From Basidiobolus meristosporus CBS 931.73 (Eukaryota > Fungi > Basidiobolomycota): a stretch of 64,000 nt of DNA. The first letter of the stretch is position 1, and each line of letters begins with the position of its first letter. The notes below the pieces were generated by a model. The model searched no databases, had not been told where the DNA came from, and was given only the letters and a program-made list of their open reading frames with translations. The stretch spans positions 124,001 to 188,000 of the forward strand of contig MCFE01000053.1 in the NCBI GenBank assembly GCA_002104905.1, read 5' to 3'. This document shows positions 1 through 12,768 of the stretch, piece by piece. The position numbers and the translations under genes are program-made.

Positions 1-383
1 CTGGCAATCTTCAATCTGTATGTTCGAGGATTGAAAACCTCTATGCTTCAATGCCTCAATGCCTCAATGATCCTGGTCGTAAAAATACCCAAGCTCAGAC
101 CAAATCCATCCATTTGTACAACAGGGGTGTATCCATCGTATTTTTAAGCGGCCCAACGTCACAGAAGGCCCGAATTGAATTCACTCAATCATTGCCTTTT
201 TTTGTATTGTTATTGTCTTGACCCGACTTGATCTGAATATTTTGTAATTTATCTGTAGAGTGTCTCTTTTCTGGATTGTTTCGATATTTGTGCTTTGAGA
301 GCGCACTTCCATCCCCACTATTATCTTCTGAGTCTATTGTTTCCTTGAGTTGCGCTCTTTAGTGCTCAGGTATCCCTTCAGCT

Positions 384-1821
384 ATGCCTTCCCACCTTCC
401 CAGAAAACGCCCTTTCGGCCCTCAAACAGACAGTATGAGCGTTGCCAAAATTTGTGAAGAGGTCAAGAGAACCTTTAGCAAAGCGGCGGCGAAGGGTATC
501 CTAAGCGACGTGACAAACCGACAGGTAGAGATCGTTTTCCGCGCGTTGATTCTACTCCTTATGTTTAACGCTCTTTTTGCCACTCTAGCAAGAGAATAGA
601 TCTGACAAGCATGCACACAAGCCTGTGAATAAACCGCTTCCGAAACTTCCGGTTGCCGATTGCTTTCCTGAAGAAGTCAGTCGAGTCAGTCACACTAACG
701 AGGATCAAAATCAAAATCTCAGTCACGAGCCACATTCGGCCGAGACTACAATTGACCCATCCGTTGAGAACACCGCCGAGGGAGAAGACTCCATGTTTGA
801 TGGCAGGCCACCCGTAGTCTTTGAAAAAATAGTGGAAGTTGCGATGGAAACCGACTCTACAGAAGCTGACCCGTTTAATCCAGCCGCACATGATATTGAA
901 GAAGCGGATATGCACGACGTGAATATGGTTGCAGAATATGCCGACGAGATCATGGAATACATGAAGGAACTCGAGGTTGATAGAGAAAATTTTGACCCAT
1001 TTGCGCGCCATCAGATACTAATTTTTTCGTGATAGATTCGTATGATGCCTGACCATTACTATATAGACAGACAACCTGAGCTCAAATGGCACATGCGCTC
1101 CATCCTTTTGGACTGGTTGGTCCAAGTCCACGACCGTTTCAAGATGCATCAGGAGACACTTTTTCTCTGCGTCAACTACATCGACCGATTTCTTTCTGTG
1201 AAAGAAATATCGGTGGACAAGCTCCAGCTGGTGGGAATCACCGCCTTGTTCATTGCGGCCAAATACGAGGAAATAAGCGCGCCTACGATCAGCGAGATGG
1301 TGTTCATGGTGGACAAAGCCTATTCTATTGATGATCTCAAGAAAGCCGAAAGATTCATGATCAACATACTGAATTATGAACTGGGCTATCCTGGCCCACT
1401 CAGCTTCTTGAGACGTATCTCCAAGGCTGATCGCTATGATTCTTCCATTCGTACACTGGCCAAATATCTGGTGGAGGTTACCATCATGTACGAAGTCTTC
1501 ATTCAGTATCCCTCCTCGAAGGTTGCTGCCGCAAGTTACTATCTCTCCATGGGATTGTTGAACAAAGGGACTTGGGTAATTATCCACATGCCAGATTCCA
1601 ATCAATTCCACGACCTAACGAGATTCTCCTCTTCTCACCAGACCAATTCACACATTCATTATTCGGGCTATACGGAAATGGACCTAATGCAGTGTGCGCT
1701 TCAGATCCGAAGCCGTCTTCCCCACAAGCAAAACCACGAAGCCATCTACATCAAGTATTATTCCTCCAAATACTTGAGAGCCTCTGAATATGTGGACGAA
1801 GTATTCCAGAGCTATCTCTAA
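384..1821 (+). CDS. B-type (G2/M) cyclin, 4 exons
   Basis: Cyclin box QPELKWHMRSILLDWLVQVH...LAVNYIDRFLS-like, LQLVGITALFIAAKYEEI and GYPGPLSFLRRISKAD. N-terminal D-box-like KGILSDVTN. GT-AG introns at about 524-588, 977-1035 and 1578-1640. Confidence 0.93.
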
Positions 1822-3223
1822 CCCATTGCCCGGTCCCACTCAAAACCTTTCCACGGCTTCCGTGTTGATCTTTAAAAAAGCAGATGTGTACCATGTACAC
1901 ACCAAAACCCGCATTTCCCCGCCGTTTTTATTTATGTCTCAAATTGTTTATATCGTTGTACACCCGCCGTGGACTCTCACCGACCCTAACTTACCTCAAG
2001 GTAGCCACAAACTTTGACCAGATACTTCATATTCCTCTGTTTTATCCCTGGAGCTTCGTTCGCTGGTTCTTATTTTCTAGACTAGAAGAAACAGGATTGT
2101 ATATCTCAATCTGTAATTAAAATATCGAATATTTCTTATCATCCGTCGGCAACTCTTGTGCACAGAAAAGCAGTGTACTCGAAGCTAGAAGGCAATGGAT
2201 TCGACTGATTATGGTAGGCAAATGGTCATATCTGACCCATTTTGTAACCATAACCATACCACCGCCTCAGACTGCATTTGTGATCAGGGTATTGGTCTGA
2301 TTTTTAAGCGAATAGTGCCTCGAAAAAGCCGCATTAATGAAGTCACATCGAGTCTGTTGTGACATGGACTGGCATGATCATTGGTTCCAAAGAAATCGCC
2401 ACATAAATATATATATATAGGGCGGTCACTGAATTCAGCCATAATTTTGAATGCCAAAGCCAAAATCGAAAATAACCGGAAAGCCTATTTTTGGTAGCAG
2501 GGTGGGTAGAAGTGTTTATCCTTTCGTTGCTATGATCCGAGCCAACACATTGGGAAGGCGTAAGCAGAGTACGACGCTGGGTGTGGGGGCATAAATCCAG
2601 TTTTACCATTCCTCGGTATCTGTTCACTTGGCAGAGAAAATCAAGCCAATACGGCCCCTCACACCGTCCAAACCCACCCATCCTTGTATATCGTATAAAT
2701 ACTACCTCAGGTTTGGCCATGTTATCATCCAGTTTCTTTAGACCAATCAGGCAGTGGATTCTATAACATTGAGATTTAGCCATATCTGTCCTACCACACA
2801 GCGTGGTAGTAAACGTTGCAGAGTAACGTAATCCAACCCTGTGAATCAGATCTTCGCTCCTTATGTGAAACCAAGGTTGAGGGACCAACACCATATCCGA
2901 TAAGATAAAGTACCTACGTGAGAAACACGATGCATTGTACTTCACATCATCTACCTGGTTTTCGGACTGCAACTCTGTTTCCGGATACTTTGGCCCAGAT
3001 CACGGCAAAATCCGATTCGACCAATGAGATCTTAGTGATGGCGTTGTTGGCTGGACCATTCTTCGGTATGCATCAATTTCAAACAGAGGTCAGTGTCTAG
3101 GATTCCAGCAAACAACTTATTTTTAGTTGGTTAGATATTTAATAGAGAAGGGTATCAACATGTTCGAAGAGTAAAAAATGTTATTTTCAGGACTAATCAG
3201 AGGCGATTCCTAATTTTGGTAGA

Positions 3224-4761
3224 TTACAAGGTGTATTGGAATTGGGCAGTGCTTTTGGATTCTGGCCCATTTGCCATATCGCTTTTGCTGTTCTGCGCAA
3301 TAAGGTATCTCTTCAGCAAGAATGAGACAATGCATGTTAGAAGCAGCATTCCCATGTTAACGGCATGGCTGGGGGTATAGTGCGGCGCCTCTTCCTTCCT
3401 GTACAGCTGGCCTGATATAACGCCACCGATGTTGCCAAACGAGATCACAACTGCTGTGGCAGTGGCCGCTTTAGTCGAGCCACACATGTTGTTGTTAAGC
3501 CAGCCAAGCGAGAGCGGAATGCACGAAAAGACACCCATTGTGGCAATGCAGGCTGATGCATAGAGGGCCTTGGTGTCCCTGAGCACAATGAGCAACAAAT
3601 AGCCGACAGCGCCTAATAAGCTCTGGCCCACCAGATGATAGCCACGCTCATTCTGATAGTCAGAGTGGAATGCCATGCCAATGGTAAACACAAAACCGAA
3701 CGCGTATGGCGGGGCCGTTAATAGTTGGGCTGTGACATTTGTAAACCCAAGATCGCGTACAATGGTGGGCAGAAGTAGGGCCAAGGAATAAAGCGGAAGG
3801 AGAATACCAATGTACAGAAAGGCATACATCCAGACCTTCACGTCAGTAATGGCTTCGATGAATTGCTGCTTGTCGAAGTGGGATGAGGAGACTGCCATTT
3901 GGTCCTGGGCTAGGCGAAGCTCGACCAGCTCACGTTGTCTAGGGGTCAGCCATTTGGCAGTGGATGGCGAGTTTGGCAAATAAAACCTGGATTTTGTTAG
4001 TGAGTGGCTGCCGACTAAAATCCCACTGAACGGCATACCATGTGACAACCCCAAGAATTACGGTAGGTGCACCCTCGATGATGAAGATCCATTGCCAACC
4101 TGAGATGCCGGATATTCCATCCATGTGGGTGATTCCGTAGGCTAACACTCCACCAAAGGCTCCAGCAAGGGTTGCGGCAGAGAAGAAAAGGGCCACCCTA
4201 GAACACTGCTCTCTTCGAGTATACCAAAAGGTAAGGTAGAACACGATCCCTGGGAACAATCTGTTGAAGGGAGCCAAGTAAATACTACGAAAGTCAACGC
4301 GCGACAAGCAACCCGAATACCAACCCTGCCTCGGAGATGCCCAGAAATAGGCGGCATACCATCATACCAGGGAAGTTCTTAACAGCAGCCATACACATGG
4401 TGCAGGTACCCCATGTCACCATGATTCGAGCAATCCAGCGGGATGGAGAGTACTTTTTCAGGAGCAGGTTGGAGGGGACCTCAAAGATCACATAGCCAAC
4501 AAAGAAGATAGACAGGCACCAGGAGTACTGACTTGGTGTGAGTCCGATGTCGACCTCGAGTTTTGCCAAACGAGCATTTCCAATATTTACACGATCCAAG
4601 AAGGAGAATAAGTACAACAAGCCGGCATAAGGCAGAATTTTGAAATCCAGTTTTCGCAGCAACTCTTTAGCCTCCTCGGGGGTCCACGTTGCTTCAGAGT
4701 CATATGCACCTGCTTTCATCTCTACCTCTACCTCGTTCTTTTTTTCCTGAAGATCGGCCAT
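3224..4761 (-). CDS. MFS transporter, Dal5/Tna1 (anion:cation symporter) family, copy A, 3 exons
   Basis: LLRKLDFKILP, SFLDRVNIGNARL, EVPSN, EAGLFPG, WYTRREQ..R, GWQWIFIIEG and GNIGG motifs, joined across two GT-AG introns. Confidence 0.93.
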
Positions 4762-5427
4762 GTGAATAGAAGGATATTACCTGGTGTAGGAGAACCTGAT
4801 GCCTAGATGGATATCGCGATAGTCTCTTTATATCTAACCCAATTGCCGTGAGCGTATGTGAATGGTCTCGGTAAAACATCTTGGCCTTGAGTGAATTATG
4901 CGCCGTGTAGTCTGGCTCAAGACTGGTTTTTGGAAACATACCCATACAAAGAATTACCGATGAAGCTTCGTCCTGAGAAGCCATACACAAGGTAAGGTGT
5001 GATGAAGTATCACGCTAACGCATCATCCAGGGAGAATAATATGAAACAAAACAGAGGAGTCTCAGTGGGACGGAATCATCACTAGGTTCACCTTCCTCAA
5101 TTGACTAGTCTATCTGGAGTATCATCACTTATCACCTGATTCACATCAAAAATCACATCCTATTTGGGCTACTACATTCAACCTCGGTACTGGGAGCATT
5201 TTTCACATATACTAATGAGCACATGATTGGTGTTACCAGTAGTGGTATGATTCTGGTCATATAACCCCACATAACATCACCCCACATAGGCTATGCAATG
5301 TGTCAAATTCCAACAGGTTCAATCCGGAGAGTCTCAGATTGATGTTCTCAACTGATCCTTATATTGGCTTTTAATGACCTTTGGTAGTGGTAGATATGGG
5401 GAAGCCATCATACATAGTTCTTGTGCT

Positions 5428-6170
5428 TTAAAGATCTCCATTCTTGAACCCTGATCGATAGAATGCAATGTATTTATTCATTCTCCTTATTGTTTTCTCT
5501 TGCACAAACACAGAAGTATGAGAACCAATTTGAAATTTCTCAATTTCGCTAACCAGCCTATGCTTCGATTCATGAACATCGGATAGTGTTATTCCAGGCA
5601 GTTTCAGGTGCGATGAGCCTACATTGAATGGAGTTCTGTTGTTAGGGTTAGCAGATCCTATGACTGTTGTAATGAACTGACCGTCCTTCACAAAGCTTCC
5701 GGAGTATTCCTTAGAATTCAACCGAATCTCACTTGATGATTTTTCTCAGGTTTTACATTACGCAGGTTGGTCTTGCACGCGTCCAAATGATAGCCTAGCT
5801 GATTGAACATTTCGACGTGCTTTCTACAATGCGACATATCCTTCAGTATGGGTCGGAGTTTAACATCTCGATAACTCAATTGCTGTCGTACCATTGCTTT
5901 TTGAATATTCAGCTCAAGTGAGGCCTCGAGTGGTCGAATGAACTTCTTGTAGACATCGTCATCCTGCCGGTGCAATGTTGGTTCGCTAGCGATCATACTT
6001 GCACGTATTGAAGAGACATACCATATCCAGTCGTGCTTGACCTATCTGGTCGTGGGCGGTAGCAAACTTTGCCAGTGCAGTGCCTATGGTTCGACGTGGT
6101 GAGCGGGAGACGCTATTGCACAAAGGATGCTGCAGCCATTATACCTAAAGGTTCCCTTGACACCAATGAT
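5428..6170 (-). pseudogene. 5'-truncated duplicate fragment of the Gvp36-like BAR gene
   Basis: Copies the middle exons and introns of 8765-10130 but lacks the start exons. It has a 1-nt insertion (CTATCATTTG vs CTACATTTG), and the region past KPEK is decayed (KDGQFITTV vs EDQFITAV). Confidence 0.85.
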
Positions 6171-6449
6171 CAATAGTACTCTGTGCGAGACATTCATTAT
6201 CCATTCACTACTGAATTCATCACTGATTCTGAATAACTTGGATTTTAACGATCTAACCAATGAGGTGTAGATTAGATTTCTCATGCCAATATTGGGGATA
6301 AATTACCAGAGTTTGGGATTCAGATGTAAATCGGGTAATTTCACACTTGATCCAAGAACGATATTTATATATAATATATACTAATATGTACGAAGAGTAA
6401 AAAATGTTATTTTCAGGACTAATCAGAGGCGATTCCTAATTTTGGTAGA

Positions 6450-7987
6450 TTACAAGGTGTATTGGAATTGGGCAGTGCTTTTGGATTCTGGCCCATTTGC
6501 CATATCGCTTTTGCTGTTCTGCGCAATAAGGTATCTCTTCAGCAAGAATGAGACAATGCATGTTAGAAGCAGCATTCCCATGTTAACGGCATGGCTGGGG
6601 GTATAGTGCGGCGCCTCTTCCTTCCTGTACAGCTGGCCTGATATAACGCCACCGATGTTGCCAAACGAGATCACAACTGCTGTGGCAGTGGCCGCTTTAG
6701 TCGAGCCACACATGTTGTTGTTAAGCCAGCCAAGCGAGAGCGGAATGCACGAAAAGACACCCATTGTGGCAATGCATGCGGATGCATAGAGGGCCTTGGT
6801 GTCCCTGAGCACAATGAGCAACAAATAGCCGACAGCGCCTAATAAGCTCTGGCCCACCAGATGATAGCCACGCTCATTCCGATAGTCGGAGTGGAATGCC
6901 ATGCCAATGGTAAACACAAAACCGAACGCGTATGGCGGGGCCGTTAGTAGTTGGGCTGTGACATTTGTAAACCCAAGATCGCGTACAATAGTGGGCAGAA
7001 GTAGGGCCAAGGAATAAAGCGGAAGAACGATGCCGATATACAAAAGGGCATACATCCAGACCTTCACGTCAGTAATAGCTTCGATGAATTGCTGCTTGTC
7101 GAAGTGGGATGAGGAGACTGCCATTTGGTCCTGGGCTAGGCGAAGCTCGACCAGCTCACGTTGCCTAGGGGTCAGCCATTTGGCAGTGGATGGCGAGTTT
7201 GGCAAATAAAACCTGGATTTTGTTAGTGAGTGGCTGCCGACTAAAATCCCACTGAACGGCATACCATGTGACAACCCCAAGAATTACGGTAGGTGCACCC
7301 TCGATGATGAAGATCCATTGCCAACCTGAGATGCCGGATATTCCATCCATGTGGGTGATTCCGTAGGCCAACACTCCACCAAAGGCTCCAGCAAGGGTTG
7401 CGGCAGAGAAGAAAAGGGCCACTCTAGAACACTGCTCTCTTCGAGTATACCAAAAGGTAAGGTAGAACACGATCCCTGGGAACAATCTGTTGAAGGGAGC
7501 CAAGTAAATACTACGAAAGTCAACGCGCGACAAGCAACCCGAATACCAACCCTGCCTCGGAGATGCCCAGAAATAGGCGGCATACCATCATACCAGGGAA
7601 GTTCTTAACAGCAGCCATACACATGGTGCAGGTACCCCATGTCACCATGATTCGAGCAATCCAGCGGGATGGAGAGTACTTTTTCAGGAGCAGGTTGGAG
7701 GGGACCTCAAAGATCACATAGCCAACAAAGAAGATAGACAGGCACCAGGAGTACTGACTTGGTGTGAGTCCGATGTCGACCTCGAGTTTTGCCAAACGAG
7801 CATTTCCAATATTTACACGATCCAAGAAGGAGAATAGGTACAACAAGCCGGCATAAGGCAGAATTTTGAAATCCAGTTTTCGCAGCAACTCTTTGGCTTC
7901 CTCGGGGGTCCACGTTGCTTCAGAGTCATATGCACCTGCTTTCATCTCTACCTCTACCTCGTTCTTTTTTTCCTGAAGGTCAGCCAT
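6450..7987 (-). CDS. MFS transporter, Dal5/Tna1 family, copy B, 3 exons
   Basis: Near-identical to copy A with the same two introns. A few amino-acid changes (ALLYIGIV vs AFLYIGIL; DYRNE vs DYQNE). Confidence 0.93.
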
Positions 7988-8764
7988 TTGTATAGGGGAT
8001 TGGTGTTTGAAAGGATAGAGCCCGAAGTTAAGATGTACATCTTGACGGTCTATTTATATTCTATACCTTTATTACAGCTGCTACTAGTCAATGTTACGTG
8101 CTATGTAGACCGGCTCAAGACTGGTTTTTGGGAAGACGCCCACGCAAAGACTCCATGGTCAGTAGACGACGACAGATGGGATGAAATTAGTAAATTTCCA
8201 CAGAATCAAGGAGAGTTTGTTATGAAACCAACCAGGTGGGAATAAAGTTAAAGTAAGACAAAGTTGCCTTCAATAGTTCGATTCACTTTCCTCAATTGAC
8301 TAGTCCAGTGTTTCTTATTGTGAGGTGAATAGTTAAGAACCAGGTGACTCGCACAAAGTTTCGTACATCACGGATCGAGTACTTTCTGGGATACACCGTG
8401 AACACATTCAAATTTTGGCTATGGGAGCATCTTTCGCATTTGTTGCATTTTTCACATCAATCCAGTGTCACAAATGCCTTTATAATCTCTCATTGCTGAA
8501 CTCATGATATGTATACCAATCTCAACTAATGAACTGGTGGTATTTTGTATCTGTGCTCAATGATGAAAAGCACATATTCACTCGAAGGGGTGAGATAGAA
8601 GGTATTGATGCATTCTTGTGAACCCTGATCGATGGAATTATAATTAAACTCAGAGATAAGCTTTATTCATTTATACATTCTCCACATTACATATTGTTTT
8701 CTCTTGCACAAACATAAGCATAAGCATGAGAAATTGGGTGGGGCAAAAATCAACCTGAGCCTTT

Positions 8765-10130
8765 CTACTCTTCTGTTTCAGCCTCTTCAGTTTCGCTGCC
8801 TTCGTCAATGTCTTCTTGGCTATTCTTCAGCTCATCAACGTCTGGCAAAATCCCTGAGAGAAGTTCGAGGGCATGCTTATGGTAGTTTCAACTGAACTGA
8901 AATCAGATCTGAAAGGTTCCGGATAGGTTCAGGCTTGATATGGCAACATCGTTAGTGGGGTAACATGATTTTTCAATGAATTTCAAGAACTTACTGAATC
9001 TACGACTGTTTTCATTAATACCATAGCTTCTTGTACTGCGGTAATAAACTGGTCTTCCGCCTTCTCAGCATCCGCCTTAGCCTAAAGCTATCTGTTATCA
9101 TCGTAGATCAAAAGATGGAATCCAGCCAAATGCCTCTTACTGCTTCTTCTTTCTCAGGTTTTGCATTACGCAGGTTGGTCTTGCACGCGTCCAAATGTAG
9201 CCTGGCTGATTGAACATTTCGACGTGCTTTCTACAATGTGACATATCCTTCAGTATGGGTCGGGGTTTAACATCTCGATAACTCAATTGCTGTCGTACCA
9301 TTGCTTTTTGAATATTCAGCTCAAGTGAGGCCTCGAGTGGTCGAATGAACTTCTTGTAGACATCGTCATCCTGCCGGTGCAATGTTGGTTCGCTAGCGAT
9401 CATACTTGCACGTATTGAAGAGACATACCATATCCAGTCGTGCTTGACCTATCTGGTCGTGGGCGGTAGCAAACTTTGCCAGTGCAGTGCCTGTGGTTCG
9501 ACGTGGTGAGCGGGAGACGCTATTGTACAAAGGATGCTGCAGCCATCATACCTAAAGGTTCCCCGACACCAATGATCTCTGCACTCTGTGCAGAGGCACG
9601 GGACAAAGCGTGGCTTAAGGTCTTGGGTGGCTCTTCAATTTCTTCCAAACCTGCACGGTCTCCAGCGTTCACCAAGGCTACTTGTTTCACTCCAATAGCC
9701 AAAGAACGAGTGAAATCAGCAAAAGAGTCTTGGAGATGATAAGGGTAATCGTATCCTTCGGTAGTGTAAACTCTAGCTACTTTAAGTAAGTTGTTGAACG
9801 AAACACGCACGGCATCCACACGCTGAAAATAACGATCGTTAGATGACTGCCAAGGAAGAAACGCAGATTTGCGATCGAGAGATGGGATATCCGTAAAGTA
9901 CTGACTTTCTCCATTTCAACGTATTCCTTGGGCAGTTCGGTTACGTCAGTAGCATTCCCAAATTTCTCTTGTGCTAGCTATGTTGAATATCAATGTAATT
10001 AAACACAGTGCGATGGAGTGGTCCAGTTGAGCTATACCTGCTTTGCCTGGCCAAGGCCTTGCTCCAGACTTTGAGCAAACTTTTTGGCAAGTGGATTGAA
10101 TTTTTGGCTGAAGGAAGAAAAGGAGTCCAT
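8765..10130 (-). CDS. GVP36: Gvp36-like BAR-domain protein, multi-exon; apparent +1 frameshift at ~8885
   Basis: Spliced reading: MDSFSSFSQKFNPLAKK...TELPKEYVEMEKRVDAV...EGYDYP..LQDSF...PPKTLSHALSRAS...ARLHLDACK...AEDQFITAV...PEPIRNLSDLISVQL/YHKHALELL. Four bases lie between TTG and TAC at 8884-8887. Confidence 0.82.
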
Positions 10131-10500
10131 TGCTTGTTAGAAGAATACAAGATAAGTAGTTATGAGGGTAACTTGTAGAGTATTGGGAGGATTCACGATT
10201 ATTTATGGCAGTTTTGTAGTGACGAAATTAGGATATTTTTGGATAGCAAATATTGCGCATAAATTGATCAGTCTACCAAATTGACCAATACTTTAATGCT
10301 TTCAAAAGACACACAACCATACATAAGCAATACTAGAGCAAATTCCGAGACCATGTATCTGAAAGTAATAACACCGTTGCACCTTATAGCCTGGTTGAGA
10401 ACACATTGATACGTAAATATATTCAAAGGACAGGAATTATTTGGATAAATTTAATATATGAACAGTTGTCGTCTCTATAAGTGATCACTGCTCCATAGCG

Positions 10501-12200
<1,700 letters not shown>

Positions 12201-12768
12201 CACATTGTGGGTATGCTTTACGAGTGGGTTGTTTATATAAAGCGGTGAGGATTTGGTCGGAATGCAGTGCTCTTACTAAAACAATTATAGTTAATTAGCA
12301 AAACGTACGACTGCAAATTCCAATTTTTCAGCAGCCAGAAAGGTTTTTATATACCAATAGATTGAGTGACTTTTGTTCTGCAAGTCTCTTGCCACGCTTT
12401 GCTTGAGGGACGAGTTAATGCGTACATAGAAAAGCTATTTTGAGGTGCAAGTAGCAATTACTAAAGATGAAGTGGTGAAACAAGACTGTCATGTACAAAA
12501 TTTCAAAGCAAATAAGCAGGAAATTATCCTAATATGTTTAATCATTATAGTGATCATTTCTTAAGTTGCCAACATGAGTTGTACATGTGATCACAGCATC
12601 ATATGTTGAATACGGTGATGTCAATGCCGAGGTTCGTGTTCATTCAAATCAAATATTAATTGTGTATTCCAGCCAGAATTGATGAATAGGAGTAATAGGT
12701 TTATTGATAACAGCTACGTATTTGTTACAACATACCGTTCATTAGGTAATGTTATGTGAGTTGGGAAT

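Larger units (their letters stand above)
3164..9577. repeat. Tandem segmental duplication (units ~3164-6170 and ~6390-9577)
   Basis: 3164-4760 is nearly identical to 6390-7985 (offset 3226), and ~5735-6170 is nearly identical to ~9150-9577. The intervening promoter region shares only short conserved blocks. Confidence 0.9.

Noticed and set aside
2343-2972. 209-codon minus-strand ORF downstream of the cyclin
   Set aside because: Non-ATG start, no recognisable motif in any frame, and no supporting splice structure. It may be decayed sequence.
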